Shown: one piece after another, positions 39,996-50,107 of the stretch
How positions within the stretch are numbered: the first letter of the stretch is position 1
Layout of the letters: every line of letters begins with the position of its first letter
Source of the DNA: Acutalibacteraceae bacterium
GTDB taxonomy: Bacteria > Spirochaetota > Spirochaetia > Sphaerochaetales > Sphaerochaetaceae
Direction of reading: 5' to 3'
Assembly (NCBI GenBank): GCA_963626075.1
Contig: CAVFVX010000001.1
Span: 1-59,734, forward strand
Length of the DNA stretch: 59,734 nucleotides
Notes under the pieces: model-generated
What the model was told of the DNA's origin: nothing
Database searches by the model: none
The model's input: only the letters and a program-made list of their open reading frames with translations
Translations under genes and position numbers: made by a program

Positions 39996-41258
39996 TTACT
40001 GATTGAAGAACCTGTTTCCGATATCGTCCCTGTACCAGAGGGATGCGAAGTTCTTCTCCTTTATGAGGGCATAGGCCTGCTCGTTGGCTTCGACTATGCT
40101 GCTTCCTCTTCCCACAACCGTGATGCATCTTCCGCCGCTTGTGCAGTAATCTCCCTCATCATTTCTGTCGATGGCGCCGATGAAGACGAGGGGCTTGTCC
40201 GTGGTGTTCATCAGGAAGGCATTGCTTATTCCCTTTATCGCGGTACCGACTTCGGGCTTCAGAGGGTAGCCGGGTGCCGCAAGAACGACTGCGACAGTGC
40301 TGAAGGAGTTGAGTTCGAGTTCGATTGAGCTCACCCTGTTCTCCTTCACGGCCGACATGATTTCCATGACATCCGTGCGGATGAGAGGAACCATAGCCTG
40401 TGTTGCGGGGTCGTTGAGTCTCACGTGGTAGTCCACGAGTACCGGACCCGTCGGGGTGATGACGATGGAGAGGGTGAGGACGCCGTTGTACGCAAGTCCC
40501 TCCTCCTTCATGCCTTCGAGCGTGGGGCTTATGATGAGATTGCGTATGTCGTCCTCGACGAAGTCCCTCAGCGGCACGGGAGCGATTGCACCCATTCCTC
40601 CCGTCGGAGTTCCCTGTTCCTTCGAGACGTTGGTGTATTCATTCGCAAGAGGCAGCAGCAGGTAGCCGTTCTTGTCGACGAAGACCGTGGCCGTCACGTG
40701 CAGGCCCTCGATATGGTTCTCGAGGAGTACCGGACCCTTCTCCAAAAGGAGGTCGGCGTACCTCAGAAGATCGTCCTTATCCGACGAGGAGAGCATGATT
40801 CTCGAGGGAGTTATCGAATTGGACTTTATCGTGTACCTGATTCCCCTGTGTTCGTCGAGGTACCGGGAGAGCGATTCCTTTGTGCGGAATACCGCATTGT
40901 CCGGCACGGGGATGCCGTGACGGTGCGTGAACGCCCTCGAGAAGGCTCTGTCGTCCTCGAGCTTCAGCGCTTCCTTCGTAGCTCCGCAGCAGTTGACGCC
41001 TCTCTCCGTCAGGTAATCCCTGACGCCCGCAATGAGCGGGGCTTCCGTTCCTATGAATACCGTGTCTATGTTGTGTTCGATGACCGCCCTGTATACTTCC
41101 TCGGGCGATGATGGGTCTGTGGAGGGGAGGTTCGTCGCGATGTCCTCTGTTCCGGGATTACCCGGAGCGATGAACAGCTCGGAAATGAATGTACTCTGAC
41201 TCAACCACCATGTTGCCGCATGATCCTTGGCGCCGCTTCCTAATACTAGAACTCTCAT
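39996..41258 (-). CDS. purD: Phosphoribosylamine-glycine ligase
   Basis: 420 aa with GARS-like architecture (MRVLVLGSGAKDHA...APGNPGT, ATP-grasp core). The N-terminal motif is somewhat divergent. Confidence 0.8.
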   Translation of the reverse strand: MRVLVLGSGAKDHAATWWLSQSTFISELFIAPGNPGTEDIATNLPSTDPSSPEEVYRAVIEHNIDTVFIGTEAPLIAGVRDYLTERGVNCCGATKEALKLEDDRAFSRAFTHRHGIPVPDNAVFRTKESLSRYLDEHRGIRYTIKSNSITPSRIMLSSSDKDDLLRYADLLLEKGPVLLENHIEGLHVTATVFVDKNGYLLLPLANEYTNVSKEQGTPTGGMGAIAPVPLRDFVEDDIRNLIISPTLEGMKEEGLAYNGVLTLSIVITPTGPVLVDYHVRLNDPATQAMVPLIRTDVMEIMSAVKENRVSSIELELNSFSTVAVVLAAPGYPLKPEVGTAIKGISNAFLMNTTDKPLVFIGAIDRNDEGDYCTSGGRCITVVGRGSSIVEANEQAYALIKEKNFASLWYRDDIGNRFFNQ

Positions 41259-41569
41259 GTTTCTACCTCTGAGTAGATTTTACACTATGCAAAAACCAAA
41301 AATCAAAGAAGAAAAATGCTCTTAACACATGTTTTGAACAGATGCGGTATGCAGAAAATGCATAAAGATACAGCTCATTCATTACTGCCGACAGTGATAC
41401 GGGGAAGGGTATTCGATGATTCATAAAGAGTTAACATCTGTTCATCTTTTCTGTATATTTGCAAAATCTTCTTCAGACAGTTGAAATGTGCTCGGTACTT
41501 ATTGTATTCTAAAAGGGCGTTTTCCGTTTTGTATGTGTAAAAATGTGCAGAGCGGGTGATGGGAGTGGA

Positions 41570-42136
41570 ATGATATCGCGAAAGTACGTCGGTGATTACC
41601 GCCTGGAGAATGTAAGGGACAGAAAAGGCAGGCTGGTGACGAAACCGGTATACCGGGGAGATATCTTCAGCTTCGAGAAGAGCGGGGAAAAGATCGTGAA
41701 GACACGGAGGATGTTCATCCGGTCGACTGTACTGGAATGGGTAATCCTGATTTTCAGTCTTCTGATCAACAGCGATAAGGGCAGGGTGATGTACATATCA
41801 CTTCCTCTGATTGCAGTTGCCTTTCCTCTTCTCTACCAGAGCGACGCGGCGGCCCTTCTGATGAAAAGGGACGGAGAGTACAAAAGAGAAGAGAAGGACA
41901 AGGTGACCGAGAAGATGGTTGCTGCAGTCTTCATCTCGTTCTTCTTCTCCCTCTGTTCCTCGGTCGGTCACATCGTCAGCTGGATAACGAGCGGTGAGAG
42001 CACGGAGGATGCAATACTTTTGTCCCTCACACTCGCCATCGTCTTCATATCGTGGTCGCTTTTTTCGAAGAGAAAGGACATAGCGATGAAGAAGACGGGA
42101 ACGACGGTACTTCCGGATACGGAAGATGAAAAGTAA
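41570..42136 (+). CDS. Hypothetical 4-TM membrane protein
   Basis: GGGAGTGGA lies before ATG 41570. Cytoplasmic N-terminus YVGDYRLENVRDRKGRL followed by four hydrophobic segments. The ORF-track start 41543 is also possible. Confidence 0.55.
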   Translation: MISRKYVGDYRLENVRDRKGRLVTKPVYRGDIFSFEKSGEKIVKTRRMFIRSTVLEWVILIFSLLINSDKGRVMYISLPLIAVAFPLLYQSDAAALLMKRDGEYKREEKDKVTEKMVAAVFISFFFSLCSSVGHIVSWITSGESTEDAILLSLTLAIVFISWSLFSKRKDIAMKKTGTTVLPDTEDEK

Positions 42137-42183
42137 ACACGCTTACGTTGTAAGCTTAATATACCTCCAGGGAGGATTTAGGA

Positions 42184-44538
42184 ATGAAAAAAACTTTAGC
42201 TATTGTTCTTATGGTTCTCTGCGTACTCAGCGTCTTCGCTCAGGGTGCCCAGGAAGCAACAAAGACGACAACTACAACAACTACTACCGCTGCACCTGCA
42301 AAGGAAGAAGCAGTAGTCGAGAAGCCGACCACAGCCGTCTTCGCAACAAGTTCCTTCGGTATGAAGTTCTCTCCGTTCTTCGCTGCAACAGCATATGACA
42401 TGGACATCGTCGACGTGACACAGCTTGGTCTTCTTGCTGCTGACCGCGGTGGTGCCATCATCTATGACGGAATCAACGGTGAAACACACACATACAACGG
42501 AACAGACTACTTCTATCAGGGCGCAGGTTCTGTCGAAGTCGTTCAGAACGCTGACGGAACAGTCGACTACAACCTCACAATGAGAGACGACATCTACTTC
42601 TCCGACGGTGTCCATGCAACAATCGACGACGTCATCTTCGGCATCTACGTTCTCGCAGACCCGACATATGACGGTTCTTCGACAATCTATGCTCAGCCGA
42701 TCATCGGTATGGAAGAGTACTACAACTCAATGTCGAGTGCTGACTCTCTCATCTTCGCTGCAGGCAAGGACAACACAGACTACTCACTCTGGACAAAGGA
42801 AACCCAGGATCAGTTCTGGGCTGACATGGACAAGGCAGGTGAGGCATTCGCTCAGGAAATCGTCGACTATGTCGTAGCCAACTACGCAGCTTCCTACTCG
42901 CAGAGCTATCTCGGAGTTTCCGCTGACGACGTTCTCGCTGATGCAGGCCTCCAGGTCAAGCTCGGTATGTTTATGTGGGGCTTCAAGAGCTACTGGACAG
43001 AAGGCGCTACAGCTGCTGACTACTGGAATGCAATCGTTGACGCTTACGGCGGAGACATCATGACAGCAACAGAGACAGAGACAGCCGGATCCACAATCTT
43101 CCAGTGCCTCGCTTCCGTTTCCGGTAACGCTTACTCATATGGTATCTCGACAGGCGATGACGTGAAGTCCATCTCCGGTATCGAGAAGACAGGCGAGTAC
43201 ACACTGACAGTCCACATGTCCGAGTTTGATGCTACATCAATCTACAACATGAGCTTCTACATTGTTCCTCTCCACTACTACGGCGACGAGTCCCTCTACA
43301 ACGGTGTTGACTCCTTCGGCTTCCCGAAGGGAGACCTCTCCATCGTCAGAGCAAAGACAACTCAGCCTCTCGGAGCTGGTCCGTACGTATTCGAAAGCTA
43401 CAACAACGGTGTCGTCACACTCAAGGCTAACAGCTACTACTTCCTCGGCGAGCCCGAAATCGACACACTGCTCTTCCAGGAATCTTCCGATTCCGACTAT
43501 GTCCCGGGCATCATCACAGGTTCCTTCGACATCGCAACACCGTCCATCAGTGACTCCACACTCAACGCCATCAAGGACGCTAACTCCAACGGCGAGCTCG
43601 TAGGCGACACTCTCACGACATACCTCGTTGACTATCGTGGATACGGTTATATCGGTATCAACGCAAACCTCGTCAACGTCGGCGGCGAACCGGGAAGCGA
43701 AGCATCCAAGAACCTCAGAAAGGGTATCATGACTCTCCTCTCCGTCTACAGAGACACAGTCATCAACTCCTACTACGGCGACAGAGCTTCCGTCATCCAG
43801 TATCCTATCTCCAACACATCATGGGCTGCTCCTCAGCCGACAGATGCCGGTTACCAGATTGCTTACTCCAAGGATGTCGACGGCAACGCCATCTACACAT
43901 CCGACATGAACGACGAGCAGAAGTATGAAGCTGCTCTCCAGGCTGCAATCGGATTCTTCAAGGCTGCAGGCTACACATGGGATGAGGCAACAGGCAAGTT
44001 CACAGCTGCTCCCGCAGGCGCAAAGATGGTCTACGAAGCACTTATCCCGGGCGACGGTTCTCAGGACCACCCGGCTTACGGAATCGCAGTAGGCGCTGCT
44101 AACGCTCTCGAGAAGATCGGTATCACACTCACAGTCAACGACTGTAACTCCACGACATGGAACAACGCACTCGAAGCCAACACGGCTGAGATCTGGGCTG
44201 CTGCATGGCAGAGCACAGTTGACCCCGATATGTATCAGGTCTACCACTCAAGAAACGCTAACGGTCAGAACACGAACTCCAACCACTACCAGATCCAGGA
44301 CGACGAGCTCGACGCTCTCATCATCGCAGGCAGAAAGTCCTCTGACACAGACTTCAGAAAGGCTACATACAAGACTGCAATGGAAATCATCATGGACTGG
44401 GGCGTAGAGCTTCCGACCTATCAGAGAAAGGACTGCACAGTCACTTCCACAATCCGCATCAACAACGACACAATGCCGAAAGACATGACACCGTACTGGG
44501 GATGGGATGCAGAAATCGACACTCTCGCAACAAAGTAA
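42184..44538 (+). CDS. ABC transporter substrate-binding protein, family 5 (peptide/nickel type), oversized (784 aa)
   Basis: Signal peptide MKKTLAIVLMVLCVLSVFAQG, a Thr-rich linker, and SBP_bac_5-like core motifs. First gene of the Opp/Dpp-type operon. Confidence 0.85.
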   Translation: MKKTLAIVLMVLCVLSVFAQGAQEATKTTTTTTTTAAPAKEEAVVEKPTTAVFATSSFGMKFSPFFAATAYDMDIVDVTQLGLLAADRGGAIIYDGINGETHTYNGTDYFYQGAGSVEVVQNADGTVDYNLTMRDDIYFSDGVHATIDDVIFGIYVLADPTYDGSSTIYAQPIIGMEEYYNSMSSADSLIFAAGKDNTDYSLWTKETQDQFWADMDKAGEAFAQEIVDYVVANYAASYSQSYLGVSADDVLADAGLQVKLGMFMWGFKSYWTEGATAADYWNAIVDAYGGDIMTATETETAGSTIFQCLASVSGNAYSYGISTGDDVKSISGIEKTGEYTLTVHMSEFDATSIYNMSFYIVPLHYYGDESLYNGVDSFGFPKGDLSIVRAKTTQPLGAGPYVFESYNNGVVTLKANSYYFLGEPEIDTLLFQESSDSDYVPGIITGSFDIATPSISDSTLNAIKDANSNGELVGDTLTTYLVDYRGYGYIGINANLVNVGGEPGSEASKNLRKGIMTLLSVYRDTVINSYYGDRASVIQYPISNTSWAAPQPTDAGYQIAYSKDVDGNAIYTSDMNDEQKYEAALQAAIGFFKAAGYTWDEATGKFTAAPAGAKMVYEALIPGDGSQDHPAYGIAVGAANALEKIGITLTVNDCNSTTWNNALEANTAEIWAAAWQSTVDPDMYQVYHSRNANGQNTNSNHYQIQDDELDALIIAGRKSSDTDFRKATYKTAMEIIMDWGVELPTYQRKDCTVTSTIRINNDTMPKDMTPYWGWDAEIDTLATK

Positions 44539-44563
44539 GAGAGAGTCCTTCTCATACTGTCAG

Positions 44564-44587
44564 AGCCCTCGGGAAACCGGGGGCTTT
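44564..44587 (+). terminator. Stem-loop after the binding-protein gene
   Basis: AGCCCTCGG-gaaa-CCGGGGGCT (9 bp, one G-U pair, GAAA loop) followed by TTTAATATTT. Confidence 0.55.
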
Positions 44588-44663
44588 AATATTTAACATT
44601 AATGCAAATAATTAAATACAAATAAATTACATAAATAAACTTTTATGTTATCCGAGAAACAAA

Positions 44664-44692
44664 TTGACCAATGAATGAATATAAGTTAATCT
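44664..44692 (+). promoter_or_regulatory. Possible internal promoter for the permease/ATPase genes
   Basis: TTGACC, 17 nt, TAATCT inside a very AT-rich spacer. Confidence 0.35.
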
Positions 44693-44769
44693 GACAAATG
44701 ACTTTCGGGCAATTCCTGTCCGTTATCTCTGTTTGCAGAAAAATCGGTAAGAAGGAGGACAATCAAGAA

Positions 44770-45759
44770 GTGCTGAAGTATACGGTAAAACGACTCTTAT
44801 ACAGTGTTGTGATTCTTTTCTTCGTAATGCTCATTGTCTACTCGCTCATGTACAATATGCCTGGTAACTACCTCGAGACCAAGGCGCGTGAACTCGCATC
44901 CCGCCCGGGCGCGGGAAAGAGCTACCAGGAGTGGCTTGACGACCTGAACGCCCAGTACGGTATGGACAAGGGTATAATCAGAGGTTATTTCGTCTGGCTC
45001 GGAACGGCCCTCAGCGGCAACTGGGGTGACTCGTGGGCATGGACGATTCCCGTCACACAGGAATTCCACAACACCATATGGTACAGTTTTGCCCTGTCTC
45101 TCATTTCCTTCATTGTCGAGATTCTCGTCGCTATTCCGCTCGGAATCCTCGCTGCGAAGAAGCAGTACGGCTTTGCAGACTATTTCACCACCGTCTTCGC
45201 GATGGTGAGTATCTCGCTCCCGACGTTCTTCCTCGCAACTCTTCTGAAGTACATATTCTCGATAAAGCTCGGCTGGTTCGACCTTACGGGTATGCAGGGA
45301 AGAGACTATCAGACGCTTACCCAGTGGGGTAAGATTCTCGATGTCGCAAAGCACTTCGTACTCCCCGGCCTCACTCTCTCCATCATCTCCATCGGCGGCC
45401 TCATGAGGTACACGCGTACCAACATGCTCGAGGTCCTCAATGCCGACTACATCCGCACAGCCAGGGCCAAGGGTGTTCCCGAGAAGAAGGTCATCAACCA
45501 CCATGCATTCCGCAACACGATGATTCCGCTCATCACGACACTCGGCGGCTCGCTCCCCGGACTCTTCTCGGGTGCTCTCATCACCGAGACACTCTTCGGA
45601 ATAAGAGGAATAGGTTATGCATCCTACAACTCGATGATCCAGGGAGACATCCCCTTCATCATGTTCTATCTTGCATTCATCTCCATTCTCACACTTCTCG
45701 GAAACCTCATTTCCGACCTTTTATACGCCGTGGTCGACCCGCGCGTCAGACTGAGCTGA
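44770..45759 (+). CDS. ABC transporter permease (OppB/DppB-like)
   Basis: GTG start with AAGGAGG 8 nt upstream. Starts VLKYTVKRLLYSVVILFF, the canonical N-terminus. The ORF-track ATG at 44698 adds 24 atypical aa. Confidence 0.88.
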   Translation: MLKYTVKRLLYSVVILFFVMLIVYSLMYNMPGNYLETKARELASRPGAGKSYQEWLDDLNAQYGMDKGIIRGYFVWLGTALSGNWGDSWAWTIPVTQEFHNTIWYSFALSLISFIVEILVAIPLGILAAKKQYGFADYFTTVFAMVSISLPTFFLATLLKYIFSIKLGWFDLTGMQGRDYQTLTQWGKILDVAKHFVLPGLTLSIISIGGLMRYTRTNMLEVLNADYIRTARAKGVPEKKVINHHAFRNTMIPLITTLGGSLPGLFSGALITETLFGIRGIGYASYNSMIQGDIPFIMFYLAFISILTLLGNLISDLLYAVVDPRVRLS

Positions 45760-45771
45760 GGAGGTAGGAAA

Positions 45772-47811
45772 ATGGCTTCATATAATCTCAATGACGTATT
45801 AAAGAAAAAGGATATGAGCAGCCACTCGGCAGAGCACGCAGTCTCTCTCGACGACGTCTCCCGTGTAAAGGTTCTCTCCCCGACAAGACAGGTCGCAAAG
45901 CGCTTCATGCGTAACCGCCTCGCGGTCTTCGGCCTCGTCTCCATCCTCGTGCTCTTCGTCTTCTGCTTCATCGGTCCGGTATTCTATGCATACGGCCAGA
46001 AGGAGACCTTCTACAAGTACGATACAATCAACATCAAGCTCGGTGTCGCAACTGAAAGCACTTCCTTCACCGGCTACACTGTCGATTCCTCCATCAAGGT
46101 CGAGACAAGTGCAAACAGCTACATGACAACCAACATCAAGACTATGCAGAGTGCGGGGCTTGATGACTACATCGCAATCTACGACGACGGCAATGCATAC
46201 GAAATCACGATGGAAGGCGAGAACGTCTACACGCTCGGACAGAGAAAGGCCGACAAGGTCGCATCCTTCGGAACGAGTGAAGTCGAGTGGGCTGTCTACG
46301 ACGGTGTCACAAGAACTCTCTCCGTCCTCTCCGGCGACGTGGACGAATCGGTGAAGGATCAGATCAGCTCTGCTCTCAAGGGTACTTCCGGCTCCGTTAC
46401 AGTCGACGGCGTACAGTACAACTACAGGAGAACGACCGGAAAGAACTATTCCGTCACAAAGCTCGTCGGCGGCTTCGTCTACACGGGCGATACTTTCTCC
46501 TCCTCATTCGAAAAGGCTGCGGAGAATGCCGAGAGCAACCAGATCTTCACTTCCGGCGGCAATGAGTATTTCGTGACGACTTCCGGTGACACGAGCACTG
46601 TATATGCAGTCGGCGAAAACCGCATCGCAAAGGTCTTCACGACATACGTCATCGACCTCTACGACAGCACGAAGAGCGTCAGTGACGAATTCAGGAACAA
46701 CGCACTCCTTGCAGTCTATACATCCGATTCCTTCACTGCAGACGGAAAGGAATACCATTTCGAAAGAGATGATGACAGCGATGTCGTCGAGATCTTCGAT
46801 GCTGACGGCAACGAAGTCGGTGAATTCTCCACCTTCATCATCCGCCGCACAAGCGGTGAGGATACAATCCCCTACGAGGCCAAGCAGGATATTGCGGAAG
46901 CGATTTCCGGAATGCTCGAGGAAGGCGGCCAGAACGTAACCTTCGAAACCAATCTTCCCAAGCAGACGGAGGACGGAAGAAGCGAAGTTGACGAGAACGG
47001 CAACTACACATACGTCTCGACTGAAATCAGAGTCAACAGAACGGACAAGAACTACGAGCTCTGGGCTTACCAGATCACGTATGTCATCGACCGCTTCGCT
47101 TCCCCCTCGTGGTCGCATGTCCTCGGTACCGACGGCGACGGCTTCGACGTACTTGCAAGAATCATGTACGGCGGAAGAGTATCGCTCATGGTCGGCTTCG
47201 TAGTCGTACTTCTCGAACTCATCCTCGGCGTCATCCTCGGCGGCCTCGCGGGCTACTACGGCGGCTGGGTGGACAACATAATCATGAGACTTGTAGATAT
47301 CTTCTACTGTCTCCCGAGTACACCTATCATGATAATTCTCGGCTCCATAATGGACGCAATGCGTATGGACGTATATACCCGTCTCTTCATCATGATGGCA
47401 GCTCTCGGAATCATGGGCTGGGCGGGAGTCGCAAGACTGGTGCGCGGCCAGATCCTCTCATTCCGTGAGCAGGAGTTCATGATTGCAGCCGAGGCAACGG
47501 GAATCAAGGTCAAGGACAGAATCTTCAAGCACCTCATCCCGAACGTCATGCCCCAGCTCATCGTCATCGCGACAATGGGTGTCGGCGGAACAATCATCAC
47601 GGAGTCCACGCTCTCGTTCCTGGGACTGGGTGTCAAGCATCCGCTTGCAACCTGGGGAACGATGATCAACAGCGTCTCCTCCGCTTCGGCTATGGCTCAC
47701 TATGCATACATCTGGATTCCGGTAGGTCTTCTCATCAGCTTCACCGTCATTTCATTCAACTTCGTCGGTGACGGCTTGAGAGACGCTTACGATCCGAAGG
47801 GAAAGAGGTAA
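45772..47811 (+). CDS. ABC transporter permease (OppC/DppC-like) with ~370-aa extracytoplasmic insertion after TM1
   Basis: TM1 lies at aa 50-72. The OppC_N-type motif PSWSHVLGTDGDGFDVLARIMYGGRVSL appears only at aa ~445. The C-terminal 230 aa form a normal BPD permease core. Confidence 0.85.
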   Translation: MASYNLNDVLKKKDMSSHSAEHAVSLDDVSRVKVLSPTRQVAKRFMRNRLAVFGLVSILVLFVFCFIGPVFYAYGQKETFYKYDTINIKLGVATESTSFTGYTVDSSIKVETSANSYMTTNIKTMQSAGLDDYIAIYDDGNAYEITMEGENVYTLGQRKADKVASFGTSEVEWAVYDGVTRTLSVLSGDVDESVKDQISSALKGTSGSVTVDGVQYNYRRTTGKNYSVTKLVGGFVYTGDTFSSSFEKAAENAESNQIFTSGGNEYFVTTSGDTSTVYAVGENRIAKVFTTYVIDLYDSTKSVSDEFRNNALLAVYTSDSFTADGKEYHFERDDDSDVVEIFDADGNEVGEFSTFIIRRTSGEDTIPYEAKQDIAEAISGMLEEGGQNVTFETNLPKQTEDGRSEVDENGNYTYVSTEIRVNRTDKNYELWAYQITYVIDRFASPSWSHVLGTDGDGFDVLARIMYGGRVSLMVGFVVVLLELILGVILGGLAGYYGGWVDNIIMRLVDIFYCLPSTPIMIILGSIMDAMRMDVYTRLFIMMAALGIMGWAGVARLVRGQILSFREQEFMIAAEATGIKVKDRIFKHLIPNVMPQLIVIATMGVGGTIITESTLSFLGLGVKHPLATWGTMINSVSSASAMAHYAYIWIPVGLLISFTVISFNFVGDGLRDAYDPKGKR

Positions 47812-47814
47812 TTC

Positions 47815-48990
47815 ATGTCAGATCACACATCATATATTTCCGGTAGGGAATCCAGAAGGATAACCAGATTCAACAGAAGGGTCACGAAGAAGCTCGAGGC
47901 CGAAAGAGCCAACGCCAACAAGGATGAATCCTTATACATAACGAAGATGAAGAATCCCGACAACGTCGTCGAATTCGACAACGTCTGCACCTTCTTCTTC
48001 AGCGAGGTCGGTACCGTCAAGGCTGTAGACGGGATCACATTCGAGGTTCCGAAGAACAGCACGGTCGGTGTCGTCGGAGAATCCGGCTGCGGAAAGAGCG
48101 TCACATCGCTCTCCCTCATGCAGCTCCTGCAGCGCCCGTCGGGCCAGGTCGTCGGCGGAGAAATCCGCTTCAACAGAGGCGACGGGACGGCATACAACAT
48201 CGTCAACACCCCGAACTCCGTCATGGAGACAATCCGCGGCAACCGCATGAGTATGATCTTCCAGGAGCCTATGACATCGCTCAACCCGGTATTCCGTATC
48301 GGAGAGCAGGTCGACGAGGCAATCACACTCCACAACAAGGAGATGTCCGAGGAGGACGTGAAGGCGAGAACCCTAGAACTCCTGGAGATGGTCGGAATCG
48401 CGAACAAGGAAGGCGTCTACTCGATGTATCCTCATGAACTCTCCGGCGGTATGAGACAGAGAGTCATGATTGCAATCGCACTTGCCTGCAACCCCGAGCT
48501 CATCATCGCCGACGAGCCGACGACTGCACTCGACGTCACAATCCAGGCTCAGATTCTCGATCTCCTCGAGAACCTCAAGAAGAAGATCGGATCCTCGATC
48601 ATGCTCATCACACACGACCTCGGAGTCGTCGCAGGCATGGCCGACTACGTCGTCGTCATGTATGCGGGCCGCGTCATCGAAAAGGGCACTGCCGACGATA
48701 TCTTCCACCATCCGGCACATCCGTACACAATCGGTCTCATGAAGAGCAAGCCGGTTGTCGGAAAGAAGGTGGACAAGCTCTACAACATTCCGGGAAACGT
48801 TCCGAACCCCGTAAACATGCCGAACTACTGCTACTTCCGCGACCGCTGCGAGATGCAGTGCGAGAAGTGCGCCGGAATCTATCCGCCGTCAATCCGCATA
48901 AGCGACACGCATGTAGTATCGTGCTACAGGTTCTATGACGAGAAGAACGTCATCGAATACCCCAAGACTGTAAATCCGGAGGAGCTGTAA
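47815..48990 (+). CDS. ABC transporter ATP-binding protein (OppD/DppD-like)
   Basis: Walker A GESGCGKS, signature LSGGMRQR, Walker [13 protein letters not shown], and an oligopeptide C-terminal domain. It has an N-terminal extension of about 45 aa. Confidence 0.92.
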   Translation: MSDHTSYISGRESRRITRFNRRVTKKLEAERANANKDESLYITKMKNPDNVVEFDNVCTFFFSEVGTVKAVDGITFEVPKNSTVGVVGESGCGKSVTSLSLMQLLQRPSGQVVGGEIRFNRGDGTAYNIVNTPNSVMETIRGNRMSMIFQEPMTSLNPVFRIGEQVDEAITLHNKEMSEEDVKARTLELLEMVGIANKEGVYSMYPHELSGGMRQRVMIAIALACNPELIIADEPTTALDVTIQAQILDLLENLKKKIGSSIMLITHDLGVVAGMADYVVVMYAGRVIEKGTADDIFHHPAHPYTIGLMKSKPVVGKKVDKLYNIPGNVPNPVNMPNYCYFRDRCEMQCEKCAGIYPPSIRISDTHVVSCYRFYDEKNVIEYPKTVNPEEL

Positions 48991-48991
48991 T

Positions 48992-50107
48992 ATGGCAGAA
49001 GAGGAAATCAAGAAAGCATCGGTACTCGATGGTGCGGAGAAGGATTCCGAGAACCTTCTCGTCGTAAAGAACCTCAAGAAGTACTTCCCCATCAAGAGCA
49101 GCTTCTTCAAGATGACAATAGGCAACGTCAAGGCTGTCGACGGCGTCTCCTTCAAGATCAGGAAGGGTACGACGATGGGCCTCGTCGGTGAGTCGGGATG
49201 CGGTAAGAGTACAATCGGGAGAACGATTCTGAGACTCCAGGAGAAGACGAGTGGCGAAGTCTACTTCAACGGAAGAGAGCTCTTCTCACTGAGCAAGGAA
49301 GAACTGAGAAAGGAGAGACCGAACATCCAGATCATCTTCCAGGATCCGTATTCGTCCCTCTCTCCGCGTCTTCCGGTAGGGGAAATCATCGGAGAGGCTG
49401 TAAGGGAACACCATATCGTCCCGGACGACGAATTCGACGACTACATCACTAGAGTCATGGCAGCATGCGGACTCCCGGAGTACGCGAAGGCCAGATACCC
49501 CCACGAGTTCTCGGGCGGCCAGAGACAGAGAATCTGTATTGCGCGTGCACTCGCCCTCAATCCGGACTTCATTCTCTGCGACGAGCCTGTTTCCGCGCTC
49601 GATGTTTCGATTCAGGCACAGATCATCAACCTTCTCAAGGACCTCCAGAGACAGTTCGGGCTGACGTATCTTTTCATATCCCACGACCTCTCGGTTGTCG
49701 AGCACATCTCCGACACTGTCGGTGTCATGTACCTGGGCTCCATGGTCGAGTTCGCTCCGACCGACAAGCTTTTCGCACATCCGCTCCATCCGTACACGGA
49801 AGCGCTCTTCTCGGCAATCCCCGTGCCCGATCCGGATTTCCACATGGACAGAATCATCCTCGAGGGTTCGATTCCGTCACCTGCGAATCCGCCGAAGGGA
49901 TGCAAGTTCCACACCCGCTGCCGCAAGTGCATGGAAATCTGCAAGTACGTTTCTCCCGGGTTCAAGGAAATCGAAGAAGAACACTACTGCGCATGCCATC
50001 TCTTCAACACCGATGAGGAGACGAGAATCTGCAATCAGCTGATGGAAGAAGCGAAGAAGCAGGAAGAAAAGGAAAAGGCCGAGAAGGAAGCGAAGAAGAG
50101 GAAATGA
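48992..50107 (+). CDS. ABC transporter ATP-binding protein (OppF/DppF-like)
   Basis: Walker [10 protein letters not shown], signature FSGGQRQR and Walker B ILCDEPVSALD. Confidence 0.92.
   Translation: MAEEEIKKASVLDGAEKDSENLLVVKNLKKYFPIKSSFFKMTIGNVKAVDGVSFKIRKGTTMGLVGESGCGKSTIGRTILRLQEKTSGEVYFNGRELFSLSKEELRKERPNIQIIFQDPYSSLSPRLPVGEIIGEAVREHHIVPDDEFDDYITRVMAACGLPEYAKARYPHEFSGGQRQRICIARALALNPDFILCDEPVSALDVSIQAQIINLLKDLQRQFGLTYLFISHDLSVVEHISDTVGVMYLGSMVEFAPTDKLFAHPLHPYTEALFSAIPVPDPDFHMDRIILEGSIPSPANPPKGCKFHTRCRKCMEICKYVSPGFKEIEEEHYCACHLFNTDEETRICNQLMEEAKKQEEKEKAEKEAKKRK

Noticed and set aside
41259-41400. A possible purine riboswitch or PurR box upstream of purD (minus strand).
   Set aside because: Read on the minus strand, the leader lacks the conserved purine-riboswitch junction and loop sequences. 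Only a short ATGCA-gaaaa-TGCAT repeat (41352-41366) is visible, which is too weak to call.
42250-42300. The poly-Thr linker of the binding protein as a DNA tandem repeat or phase-variation tract.
   Set aside because: The Thr run is encoded by mixed codons (ACG ACA ACT ACA ACA ACT ACT ACC), so there is no slippage-prone homopolymer or microsatellite.
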